Source: Eledone cirrhosa (lineage: Eukaryota). Taken from it: a stretch of 64,000 bases of DNA. The stretch lies in assembly GCA_964016885.1 (NCBI GenBank), contig OZ024743.1:261950001-262014000 (forward strand), read 5' to 3'. The notes beneath the pieces were generated by a model. The model saw only the letters and a list, made by a program, of their open reading frames with translations. It had not been told where the DNA came from and did no database searches. This document shows positions 38,714 through 51,813 of this stretch, piece after piece. The stretch's first letter is position 1, and every line of letters starts with the position of its first letter. Position numbers and translations under genes: made by a program.

Positions 38714-41700
38714 AGAAGCCAAAATTTACTACAACAACTACACCATATATTGAAAAGTCAACAACACCTACTTTAGAGTCCACAACACCATCTACACCAG
38801 AGTCAACAACTCCCACAATGCCAGAATCAACAGCTCCCACAACACCAGAATCAACAACACCCACAACACCAGAGTCAACAACAACGCCCTCTACTGACGA
38901 AACCACAATACCTGATATTGAAGCAACTGGACCATCAGTTTCTGGTGTAGAGTCAAAAACTCCCACAACGCCAGGGTCAACAACTTCCACAATACCAGAG
39001 TCAACAACTCCCACAACACCAGGGTCAACAACTTCCACAATACCAGAGTCAACAACACCCACAACACTAGAGTCAACAACTTCCACAACACCAGAATCAA
39101 CAACAACGCCCTCTACTGACGAAACCACAATACCTGGTATTGAAGCAACTGGACCATCAGTTTTTGGTGTAGAGTCAACAACTCCCACAACACCAGGGTC
39201 AACAACTCCCACAACACCAGGGTCAACAACTCCCACAACACTATGGTCAACAACTCCCACAACACCCACAAGACCAGGATCAACAATACCCACAACACTA
39301 GAGTCAACAACACCCACAACACTAGAGTCAACAACACCCACAACACCAGAATCAATAACTCCCACAACAGCAGAATCAACAACTCCCACAACACCAGAAT
39401 CAACAACTCCTACAACACCAGGGTCAACAACTCCCACAACACCAGAGTCAACAACTCCCACAACACCAGAATCAACAACTCCCACAATACCAGAGTCAAC
39501 AACACCCACAACACTAGAGTCAACAACACCCACAACACCAGAATCAACAACTCCCACAACACTATGGTCAACAACTCCCACAACACCCACAAGACCAGGA
39601 TCAACAATACCCACAACACTAGAATCAACAACTCCTACAACACCAGGGTCAACAACTCCCACAACACTAGAGTCAACAACTCCCACAACACCAGAATCAA
39701 CAACTCCCACAACACCAGAGTCAACAACACCCACAACACTAGAGTCAACAACACCCACAACAGCAGAATCAACAACTCCCACAACACCAGAATCAACAAC
39801 ACCAGGGTCAACAACTCCCACAACACTAGAGTCAACAACTCCCACAATACCAGAATCAACAACTCCCACAACACCAGAATCAACAACACCAGGGTCAACA
39901 ACTCCCACAACACTAGAGTCAACAACTCCCACAATACCAGAATCAACAACTCCCACAATACCAGAGTCAACAACACCCACAACACCAGAGTCAACAACAC
40001 CCACAACACCAGAATCAACAACTCCCACAACACCAGGGTCAACAACTCCCACAACACCAGGGTCAACAACTCCCACAATACCATGGTCAACAACTCCCAC
40101 AACACCAGAGTCAACAACTCCCACAACACCCACAACACCAGAATCAACAACTTCCACAATACCAGAGTCAACAATACCCACAGCACTAGAGTCAACAACT
40201 CCCACAACACCAGAGTCAACAACTCCCACAACACCAGAGTCAACAACTCCCACAACACCAGAGTCAACAACAACGCCCTCTACTGATGAAACGACAATAC
40301 CTGGTATTGAAGCAACTGGACCATCAGTTTCTGGTGTAGAGTCAACAACTCCCACAATACCAGATTCAACAACTCCCACAACACCAGAATCAACAACTCC
40401 CACAACAGCAGAATCAACATCTCCCACAATACCAGAGTCAACAACTCCCACAACACCAGGGTCAACAACTCCCACAACACCAGAATCAACAAGACCCACA
40501 ACACCAGAGTCAACTACACCCACAATACCAGAATCTACAACTCCCACAACACCAGGGTCAACAACTCCCACAACACCCACAACACTAGAATCAACAACAA
40601 CGCCCTCTACTGACGAAACGACAATACCTGGTATTGAAGCAACTGGACCATCAGTTTCTGGTGTAGAGTCAACAACTCCCAAAATACCAGAGTCAACAAC
40701 ACCCACAACAGCAGAATCAACAACGCCCTCAACAGCAGAATCAACAACTCCCACAATACCAGATTCAACAACTCTCACAACACCAGAGTCAACATCTCCC
40801 ACAACACCAGGGTCAACAACTCCCACAATACCCAGGTCAACAACTCCCACAACACCAGAGTCAACAACTCCCACAATACCAGAGTCAACAACTCCCACAA
40901 CACCAGAATCTACAACACCCACAATGCCAGAATCAACAACTCCCACAATACCAGGGTCAACAACTCCCACAACACCTCCAACAATTATGCCATGTGTAAG
41001 TCAGTCTGTATCACCCACTGATGTACAGTCAACACATTTTACTGAGCATTCAACAACACCATCTAAAGTACAGTCTACTACACCCTCATCATCACTGTCA
41101 ACAACACCCTCTACTGATCAATCAACAGCACCAACCATTGTCTCTTGTGCAGAATCTACCACAACTACAGATCAATCAACAACGAAACCACCAGCATGTT
41201 TTTCAAAGCCTGCAACGAAAACAACTGAAGAAATAACATATTCTGTTGAGCAAACAACAAAACCCACCATTGAATCAACAACACCAGAGTCAATAACTCC
41301 CACAACACCAGAATCTACAACTCCCACAACACCAGAGTCAACAACTCCTACAACACCAGAATCAACAACAACACCCTCTACTGAAGAAACTACAATACCT
41401 GGTATTGAAGCAACTGGACCATTAGTTCCTGGTGTAGAGTCAACAACACCCACAACACCAGAATCTACAACACCCACAACACCCACAACACCAGAGTCAA
41501 CAACAACGCCCTCTACTGAAGAAACCACAATACCTGGTATTGAAGCAACTGGACCATTAGTTCCTGGTGTAGAGTCAACAACACTCACAACACCAGAATC
41601 TACAACACCCACAACACCCACAACACCAGAGTCAACAACAACGCCCTCTACTGAAGAAACCACAATACCTGGTATTGAAGCAACTGGACCATTAGTTCCT

Positions 41701-42403
41701 GGTGTAGAGTCAACAACACCCACAACACCAGAATCTACAACACCCACAACACCCACAACACCAGAGTCAACAACAACGCCCTCTACTGAAGAAACCACAA
41801 TACCTGGTATTGAAGCAACTGGACCATTAGTTCCTGGTGTAGAGTCAACAACACCCACAACACCAGAATCTACAACACCCACAACACCCACAACACCAGA
41901 GTCAACAACTCCCACAACACCAGAGTCAACAACTCCCACAACACCAGAGTCAACTCCCACAACACCAGAATCAACAACACCCACAACACCAGAGTCTACA
42001 ACACCCACAACACCAGAATCAACAACACCCACAACACCAGAGTCTACAACACCCACAACACCAGAATCAACAACACCCACAACGCCAGAGTCTACAACAC
42101 CCACAACACCAGAATCAACAACACCCACAACACCAGAGTCTACAACACCCATAACACCAGAGTCTACAACACCCACAACACCAGAATCTACAACACCCAC
42201 AACACCAGAGTCAACTCCCACAATACCAGAGTCAACAACAACGCCCTCTACTGATGAAATCACAATACCTGGTATTGAAGCAACTGGACCATCAGTTTCT
42301 GGTGTAGAATCAACAACTCCTCCAACACCCTCAACACCAGAATCAACTACTCCCATAACACCAGAATCTACAACTCCCACAACACCAGGTATTGTAAATC
42401 CAG
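38714..42403 (+). CDS. Mucin-like gene exon: ~1230-aa PTS/Glu-rich repeat region
   Basis: TCTTTTCCTATAG acceptor and CAG|GTACGG donor (alternative CAG|GTATTG at 42388), phase 1-1. Open for 3.7 kb with PESTTPTT repeats; length variation between repeats is in whole codons. Confidence 0.92.
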
Positions 42404-43210
42404 GTACGGTTTAATATTTAAGAAAAATGAACAACCTATGCTGAAACACTTTCTTTTATCTTTTATAGTAATGTTTGATGGATGTTATTATTGTAATTTA
42501 ACAGGCTTCTCTGACATGGCTTGGAGGTGATATCCAACATCCATTTCAATGACACTTGATTACAAGAAGCCATCCTTTTTGTTAGATCAGAGGCCTTAGT
42601 TTTTAGTCTTCAGTTATGTTGTCTACAGCAGATGTTTTTGATCTCCATTGGCTATCATATTGCTTCAGTACAGGTTACTTCTCTCAATATACCACCCTTA
42701 ATGACATAATTAAAAATGCCTTGGATACAGCTGGTTTCTCATTGCAGCTGGAATCAATGGGATTAAACTAAGGGCTCTGGAAAACTCTGGACAGTATTCC
42801 TAGTCTGGGTTTGCAATCTACAGCAATACCTTCTCTAGTGGCAACCCGGTGAAATGGCATCAGACCCAGGTTTTTGATCACAAGCTGAAAAAAGTATAAG
42901 ACACTTTCTGATAGATTTCTTGTTGAACCTATAGTGATGGAAAATCTAGAAACCTGTGTCCTTCAGCTATCTCCCTACTCTATTCAATTGGGATGGAAAT
43001 TGCTATATGAAAAAATGAGCCCCTAAAGATGAACAGGCTCTTTTAGCACATCCGACTGCCATCATCTGGGGTTACACATTTGTCATTTTCTTTGCATGAC
43101 AAGCTGCAATTTTATTTGTTTTTAACACATTTTTCTTTGTTTTTCCTTTGCAGAATTAATACGTATTATTTTATGTAAATTATAAAATGTTATATTTCTT
43201 TGATGAACAG

Positions 43211-43344
43211 AGTATATAGGATGTTATAAAGATTCTTTACACAAGAAGGCAATGCCAAGTTACTTCATTATCTCCCAAAAGATGACAGTTGAGATATGTA
43301 CAACACATTGTGGAATAAAAGGATATAAATTTGCTGGACTTGAG
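43211..43344 (+). CDS. Mucin-like gene exon: WSC domain, N-terminal half
   Basis: CAG acceptor, GAG|GTAAGT donor, phase 1-0. Encodes YIGCYKD...MTVEICTTHC..KGYKFAGLE. Confidence 0.92.
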
Positions 43345-43919
43345 GTAAGTCAAGCTAAGTTTTAAGTTTTTTTTTTTTCATTTCCCATCCTCATTATTGA
43401 GGGTTGGGGACCATGGACAATTGCACCAATACTCAGCATTGGCTCTTCTTCCTTGCCACTATTGAGGGTCAGAGACCATAGATTATTGCACTAATGCCAT
43501 CCACAGATTATCCATAGATTATTGCACTAATGCACTCAACCAGCATTCTTCCCATACATCATCATTTCAGCGTCTCCTTGGTCTTCCACTTCTGCCATTG
43601 ATGTGACCCTCTAGGATGTGGGTACAGAGATTCTGGGCCATTATATAATGGTTAAAGTATAGTAGCTTTCATTTCCTTATGGTCGTGACCATCTGTCTCT
43701 CTGTTCCCATCTCCTTCAAGACCAACATATTAGTTTTGTAGTCTTTCTAGCTGATGCACAGTACCCACCTGTCACATGTTGTCTCAAATAACATCAGTCT
43801 TTAACACCAGTGGTTTTCGTTTTTAACTTAATTTTAATGACCTCAGATTTGAACGAGTTAGATCTCAAGGCCTATTCTCACCAAGATATGCATGGATATA
43901 TATATATATATTTTTTTTA

Positions 43920-43962
43920 CTCTATAATATTACATATATATATATATATTACTCTATAATAT

Positions 43963-44007
<45 letters not shown>

Positions 44008-44054
44008 CTCTATAATATTACATATATATATATATATATATTACTCTATAATAT

Positions 44055-44093
<39 letters not shown>

Positions 44094-44198
44094 CTCTATA
44101 ATATTACATATATATATATATATATATTACTCTATAATATTACATATATATATATATATATATATTACTCTATAATATTACACATATATATATATATA
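43920..44198. repeat. Compound minisatellite TTACTCTATAATATTACA(TA)n
   Basis: About 8 copies. The same unit recurs at 48119-48310. Confidence 0.9.
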
Positions 44199-44384
44199 AC
44201 AAAGGAATTGTGGTAAGGAACCAGATGGACCATAACGCACCAGAGTACTCAATACTTAGGGTAGTAGAGTGGGATATATATATATATATATATATATGTA
44301 AAAGTTCTATTTAAATTGTTGGGATGCAACAACCAAATATTTTTATAACTGATATAAAGCACTCAACAAATAATTGGAGTAAAA

Positions 44385-44743
44385 ATACGATATTAACAAA
44401 TGGAAACTATATTTATAAAACCATATTTATTTCATTATACATATTTCAAGGACACCAAGTTAAATTATGGTGTGCTTTCATCAGATAAAATATAATATAG
44501 AGCAGTTTTATAAATAAATATTGACATACCCTTAAAGAATGCAACCATTACTGTTGGAAGCTCCCAGGAGCTTCCAACAGTAATGGTTGCATTCTTTAAG
44601 GGTATGTCAATATTTATTTATAAAACTGCTCTATATTATATTTTATCTGATGAAAGCACACCATAATTTAACTTGGTGTCCTTGAAATATGTATAATGAA
44701 ATAAATATGGTTTTATAAATATAGTTTCCATTTGTTAATATCG

Positions 44744-44746
<3 letters not shown>
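44385..44746. repeat. Perfect palindrome (180-bp arms, 2-nt spacer) containing two divergent hammerhead motifs (44428-44492 -, 44639-44703 +)
   Basis: Centre is GGAAGCTCC-CA-GGAGCTTCC. Right arm reads tattttat-CTGATGA-aagcacacca(loop)tggtgtcctt-GAAA-TATGTA-TA-atgaaata. Confidence 0.92.
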
Positions 44747-44775
<29 letters not shown>

Positions 44776-44800
44776 TGTAATAAACAACATAAGGCAATTA

Positions 44801-44861
44801 TTTCATTTACCATTGGTTTCTTAAAAGCAAAAAAAATTTGTTTTCAATCATCAGAATGAAA
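44801..44861 (-). ncRNA. Type I hammerhead ribozyme motif
   Basis: tttcatt-CTGATGA-ttgaaaacaaa(loop)tttgcttttaa-GAAA-CC(aat)GGT-A-aatgaaa: 7-bp stem I, GUA site. Confidence 0.8.
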
Positions 44862-45148
44862 AAATCCTGGTGTATTTATTGACGTTGGATTTTAAAAACA
44901 AAAATGCAATCTATATGAAAGTGAGGCTGGAAAAGGAAGAAGGAAAGGAAAAATAAAATAAAAACACACATGCAAACACACACACACACAATTATATACA
45001 TACACACATATATATATATATATATATACATACACACACTCATACACACACACACACACACATATATATGTGTATATATATACATACACATACATACATA
45101 CACACATAAATATCAACATATCCATACATACACATACATATATACAAC

Positions 45149-45200
<52 letters not shown>

Positions 45201-45643
45201 CACATACATATACATACACATACACATATACATACACATTCATACATACACACAATCATACGTATATACACATGTACATACTACATACACATACATACAC
45301 ACATATATACACGCATACATACGCATGCACAAAAATAGAAATATATACACACACCTCTACATACTCACACGCACAAATAAATATAAGAAAAAATATATAA
45401 TAATAAAAAACCTAAAAATGAATATAAAGACTATTATAATGTTGACAGCGATACAGGCAACAAATAAATGAACAAACACACGTGGTAAGCAATACACACA
45501 AATGCACGTACACATACATACGTAAAAATAAATACATACACACACTCTCACACATAAATATACATATACAAATACATAAACACATACATACGCATACACA
45601 AATACATACACACACACTCACATATACATATATACACACACAT

Positions 45644-45717
<74 letters not shown>

Positions 45718-45846
45718 ATACATAACCATACAAATATACACATACATATACATACATATCACAAACACATACATACAAATACAAACACACACATATATAT
45801 GTGTGTAAACCTCATTCTTAGATAATACATATGAACCTTATTTAAC

Positions 45847-45901
<55 letters not shown>

Positions 45902-45931
45902 ATCAAAAGATGGTTAAAAGAGTTTCCATGT

Positions 45932-46000
45932 ATTTTATTATGCGCATTTCAAAAACAAATATCATCGTGTAATAACATTTGCGTTTTCGTCAGATAAAAT
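45932..46000 (-). ncRNA. Type I hammerhead motif with long stem II and palindromic ATGCGCAT stem III
   Basis: attttat-CTGACGA-(~16-bp stem II)-GAAA-TGCGCA-TA-ataaaat, inside the repeat at 45897-46066. Confidence 0.8.
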
Positions 46001-46204
46001 AGGGAGACATGATATGAAGGTTAAAACACACTTGTGAATAGTGCAGTTATACACATACGTGTGCATACGTACATACACACACACACACACACACATATAT
46101 ACATATATAACTAAATATATATATATATGATAAAGAACATAATTATTATATATATATATATATAAAAAATAAATATTGTATATATAAAAAAAATATTGTA
46201 TATA

Positions 46205-46268
46205 TAAAAATAAAAATAAAAATAAAAATAAAAATAAAAATTAAAATTAAAATAAAAATAAAAATAAA

Positions 46269-46299
<31 letters not shown>

Positions 46300-46365
46300 T
46301 AAAAATAAAAATAAAAATAAAAATAAAAATAAAAATAAAAATAAAAATAAAAATGAAAATAAAAA
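46205..46365. repeat. (TAAAAA)n microsatellite
   Basis: Direct reading. Confidence 0.95.
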
Positions 46366-46626
46366 GTTGGGAATACGACAAATAATAAATATAAAAATAT
46401 ATATTTAAAAAAGGGTATAAATGCTTATAGCAGATTTAGAGCACTCAACAAGTTCCTGGAGCAAAAGAGCAATGGAAATAATCATTAAATCACTATATGT
46501 AATGATGCATATACATACACCCTTATACATATATACATATACACACATATATACACATATATATACATACACACACACACACACACACAAACACAACCAC
46601 AGAAATACACACACACATACAATTAC

Positions 46627-46667
<41 letters not shown>

Positions 46668-46857
46668 TAGGAAAAAGTCTGACCCCACGGCAGAGCTCAA
46701 GCCTTTTCTGAGGCTATTATATATATACACACAAAACCATTATAATAAAAAAAATATATATAAATAAATAAATAAATAAATAAATAAAATATACATATAC
46801 ACGCACAAATATACACACGCCCATACACACACATACATACAAACACATATATACATG

Positions 46858-46903
<46 letters not shown>

Positions 46904-47104
46904 TATAAACACACATACATACATATAAATATATACACACACGCGCACAAATACAACAGGAATAAATAATATATACGATATTATATACATATACATATAC
47001 ATATACATACAGATAGATATAAACATACATACACACACATATATACATACACATATACATATACACACACATATACATACACATATATATACACACATAT
47101 ATAT

Positions 47105-47195
<91 letters not shown>

Positions 47196-47434
47196 TATAT
47201 ACACATATACATACATATACGCAACACAAAAAAAAATTAATATCTAAAAATAAAAAATGTTTGGTATGTGAAAGTTAAGGCAATTAAATAGGGGGGAAAA
47301 AGAGGGGGGAAATAAATGACATAGGAAAAGGTTTAAATATAAGGGGAGATAAGGGAGAAAGAGAATACAAGAGTACAGAACGTGGATTCAGCAGGTAAAA
47401 AAACCGTAGTGGAAGTAAAGAGCAGAGAAGGAGT

Positions 47435-48100
47435 TCAAGGTGGTTGAGTTATCATAGGAATGTCAATCCAGTTACAGATCAGATGTGATTTCAGATGAGG
47501 ACAACATCTGAAGATCTCGGTCTTTGAGTTCAGGCAAGCAGAAGTGGCTTTCAAGCTTAGCAAAATCCTATATTTTTCTGTGGTACACAAAGAACAATTC
47601 TTTGTGCCCCTTTGGTACTCCCTCGAATGGTCTAAAATAGACCAATCGATAGAGTACGGGATGTTTTTATCCTTGAATTCCCACACCTTACTTGCGAGGG
47701 CCGTTGTTGTTCATTTATCGGAGTGCTTAAAAGAAGCGACAGGTTTAAAACCTGGTTTTAAACCTGTCCTGGGTCATGCCAACATATCGCTCACTCCTGG
47801 CTGGCTGGTTGTTGATTAAAGGTGTCACTTTAGTCTCATAAACAACAGATTTGGTGTTACATTTGCCCTGCAATGGGCATTCATCCGGCTTCCTGCAACT
47901 GCATCCTGGATTTGTTCTCGTATGATATGAATTAGTGATCTTGGACTTCATTGATGAGCAACAAGAGTAACTGATCTTAAATACATTTCTATTAAATATC
48001 TTATAATATCTATGATTAGGAGAAAAATGTTTATCTAAGAGTTCAAGGAATTTCCTTCCTACATTAGTTTTGACAGTTAGAGAGAAGGGGGGTGTAAACA
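47435..48100 (-). mobile_element. Penelope-like element GIY-YIG endonuclease relic
   Basis: PPFSLTVKTNVGRKFL.L.DKHF...KISYSC, CSCRKPDECPLQGKC...VVY...YVG.T...FK.R, then frameshifted WSIL...CSLC..EK..I...LN...E...CPH. Confidence 0.88.
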
Positions 48101-48132
48101 TATATATATATATATATATTACTCTATAATAT

Positions 48133-48163
<31 letters not shown>

Positions 48164-48224
48164 TACTCTATAATATTACATATATATATATATATATTTT
48201 ACTCTATAATATTACATATATATG

Positions 48225-48288
<64 letters not shown>

Positions 48289-48835
48289 ACTCTATAATAT
48301 TACATATATATACCCCTCCCCTCCCCTGTCCACCGCACACACATTCCACACACGCATACAGACCATCCCTAACACCCGTCCGTCTGCCTCCTCCTTACTG
48401 CCTTCATCCCTACCACTGCCTGTCTGTCACCCTCCTACTACTATCTCCTCTCTCCCGCATCCTTCGCCCTGACTTGACCCTCTTGACCACTTCCTGTTGT
48501 GCGCACACCCTCACAACTCTCTACTTCCTCTGCACGATTCCACGGATCCTACATACTCGGCCTCCAGACCCCGCACGTCGCCTCTCACTCACCTCTTCTG
48601 ACCCCTCTCCATCCACACATGTACGCCTACACACATACACACACACCACCTTCCACCCTCCCTGCTCGGACCCCCTGTCTCCCTCCCACCCACACGCCTC
48701 ACACATTCTCACCACTTGTTTCATTTTAATTTTTTTACCCTCTTTTTAATTTTTTTTCCTTTCCTCAATTCACCCCCTTTTAATGTCTTTCCACCACTCC
48801 CCCTTACACCCTCGGAACTCTTTTCCTTCCCACTT

Positions 48836-48875
48836 TTCTCCTGATGAAGGGCTTATGCCCGAAACGTCGTAGCCC
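48836..48875 (+). ncRNA. Minimal Penelope-type hammerhead core with a weak stem I
   Basis: CTGATGA-A-GGGC(ttat)GCCC-GAAA-CGTCG-TA. Flanks pair poorly. Confidence 0.5.
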
Positions 48876-49857
48876 CCCCCCCCCCTCACTCTCAAGCGTG
48901 AACCTAATACTAACACTTTGTACTGCACTCTTCGTTATTGTTTTTGTTTTCTGTTTTAACTTATATATATATATGAATTTTGGTAAAGTTTATGTGCATT
49001 TTTTCTTCAAACTTCTATTTTGTACCTAACTCCGTGTAGTTAATTATCTGTCTAGTCAATTTCTACAGGCTAAAAGAAATAATTAGATAAATGGCATATG
49101 ATTGTACATTGCGGAAGATAGTCTGTATAATTTGTTTATTATTTCTTCTTCGTCATCATCATCATCATCACCGTTTTACGTCCGTTCTTCCACGCTAACA
49201 TGGGTTAGACGGGTTATCCTGTTGTGGGCAGTGTCTGGTCGGCTGACCTTGTCTTGCTCGTACGGGAACTGATTCTGGCTTGATTTCTACAGCTGGATGC
49301 CTTTCCTAATATGAACCTCATTTACAGCCAGTGCTGGGTGCTTTTTTTTCCGTGGCGCCTACACGTCCACTTTACAGTGTGGGCTGGGTGCTTTTTGCTG
49401 TGGCACCTCCACGACCACTTTGCAGTGGGAGGGTGTGGGGGCATATTGTCTATATGCTTCAGCTTCGGCTTGTACCTGTCGGGGGTCGGGTCTTCTGTAT
49501 TAAAAATATGGAACGCTTCACAAATTTGTGTGTCATGATTACATTTTAAACTTATAGCCTCGTTTAAATGATTTTTTATGTGGTTGATTTATACGGATAG
49601 GAGAGGAAATACTGTATATATTTGATCTAATAGTTCTTCAGGCTTGCAATTTTATTTTTATATATATATATATGAAATAAAGTGTCTTGTTCAAGGAAAC
49701 AACACATCACCCGGTCTGAGAATTGAACTCACAACCTTTCGATTGCATATATATATATATTGATATGTTGATTTGTTGCATATATATATATATTGATATG
49801 TTGATGTAAAACTGCACTATCCACAAGTGTTTTTTAGCCTTCATATCATGTTCTCCT

Positions 49858-49926
49858 GTTTTATCTGATGAAAACACAAATATTATTGCATGATGATGTT
49901 TGTTTTTGAAATGCGCATAATAAAAT
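49858..49926 (+). ncRNA. Type I hammerhead motif, inverted homolog of 45932-46000
   Basis: gttttat-CTGATGA-(long stem II)-GAAA-TGCGCA-TA-ataaaat, inside the repeat at 49803-49960. Confidence 0.8.
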
Positions 49927-49955
49927 ACATGGAACTCCTTTAACCATCTTTTGAT

Positions 49956-50069
<114 letters not shown>

Positions 50070-50656
50070 AAGGTATCGTTCTCAATAATTATCTCACATA
50101 ATATTGAATCTACGAGATTTTGAGAACGATACCTTAACATAAATATGAGCAGTCAGTTATGGCTGGTTTGTACAGAAAGAGGTGAGAGAATTCTGGCTGG
50201 ATATGGCCAGTTTAAAGAATAAAAGGTTAAGTTAATATAGAAGGAGACATTTCTGTAAAGATATTCATTTTGACAACCAGATGAGGTTAACTCTTTTTAT
50301 ACCAACACACACAAAAACCATCCAATTCAATGACGGCAAACCTATTGTTTTGAAATATATATATTTAGTTCATAGAGAATGTAAGAAACTCAGATGTAGA
50401 AATGTAGTCGGTTGTTATAAATAATAGCTTAGAAAATTGGGCAAAATACTCCCATGGATAGTAAAAAGAGACCAGCAGCTGCTATGAAGAATCAAACTCA
50501 ATATCTTTCAGATACCAGCCATTGAACTAGCAGGGAGATGGATGTATTCTGTTGAGGCTAATACTTTACTGTGAAAATACAATAGTAGTGAAAATATAAT
50601 AGTAGTGTAAATGCTAAAGGGTTAATTATCTTGTTCTATTTTTTTTTTAACTTTAG

Positions 50657-50792
50657 CATGCTGGAGAATGTTATTGTGGAAATAGTTATGATTTGTATGG
50701 CCGTCAAAAGGAAGAATATTGTAATAAAAAATGTGCAGGTCACAGTAAATTAATCTGTGGTGGGGCCACTTCTTTGTCAGTTTATCATTCAG
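50657..50792 (+). CDS. Mucin-like gene exon: WSC domain, C-terminal half
   Basis: CTTTAG acceptor, CAG|GTAAAA donor, phase 0-1. HAGECYCGN...CNKKCAG....CGG...LSVY completes the 8-Cys WSC pattern. Confidence 0.92.
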
Positions 50793-51813
50793 GTAAAAGT
50801 ATACGGTTTTATCTTCATCTCACAAAATACTAACATCTTCATTGCTTTTCAGTTTGGGTTTATTTTCTAGATTGCTACTGTTATTGTTGTTGTTGCGATT
50901 GTTGTTGCTGTTATTATTACTGTGATTGTTGTTGTTATTGCTGTGATTGCTGTTGTTGTTGTTGTTGCTGTTGTGATTGTTGTTGTTGTTATTGCTGTTG
51001 TTGTTACTGTTGTTGTTCCTTAGCTTCACATAAGTCCTCATCTATGAGATATATCATCAAAGGAATTCCAGTCATGAATATTATGACTATTTTCTTTTAT
51101 TTTTTTCTTCTGGACTTAGTGTATCTTGTACTACATTATTCAATGTGCCCTTTCAGGGTGTGATTTGAGGGAGATCTGGTTGCTATTTCTATACCAAGTC
51201 AAAATCAGTTCTGTATGAGCAGGACATGGTCATCTGACCTTGCATTGCTCACAACAGGAAAACTCGTCTAACCCATGCTAGAGTGGAAAAATGGACGTAA
51301 AACGATGATGATGATGATAATCATAGCAGGTTGAACAACAACAATTTTGAGCCCCTACCCAGTCAGCTCACTGTTATTTAGCTTCAGGTGAGCCCTGATA
51401 TATCAGACTTCATCATCATCATCATCATCATCATCAACGTTTAACGTCCGTGTTCCACGCTTGCATGGGTTTGGACGGGGGTAGTCCCACTTGAGGCAAG
51501 AGTGATTGTCTTGCTCGCATAGGACTGTCTGGCAGGTTTTCTACAGTTGGATGCCCTTCCTAACACCAACCACATTTACAGTGTGGGTCTGGGAGGTTTT
51601 TACCGTGTTGCCTACACGGCCACATTACAGCGTGGACTGTGTGTTTTTTTGTCGTGACACCTACACGATCTCATTTGTTTCGGCCTGGATGGCGCGGCAC
51701 CAACATAACTTTACATAGAACGGGGTGGTGTGGATGGGGTGGGGGTGGTGGTGGTGGGACGGGGTGTATTTTGTTAGAGATGCCTACTGGCTGGAGTAGG
51801 TTTTACTATATAT

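Noticed and set aside
40996-41001. GTAAGT donor inside the mucin exon
   Set aside because: Phase 0, which is incompatible with the phase-1 WSC exon, and the frame stays open with mucin repeats beyond it.
38694-42380. Antisense ORFs (GVVDS repeats) and alternative-frame ORFs over the mucin exon
   Set aside because: Shadows of the repetitive sense exon, which has splice sites and in-frame neighbours.
44876-47229. Numerous YIYI/CVCV/HTHT ORFs (also at 1176-1975, 12470-12687, 23108-23490 and 25668-25962)
   Set aside because: Translations of (TA)n, (CA)n and (TG)n microsatellites.
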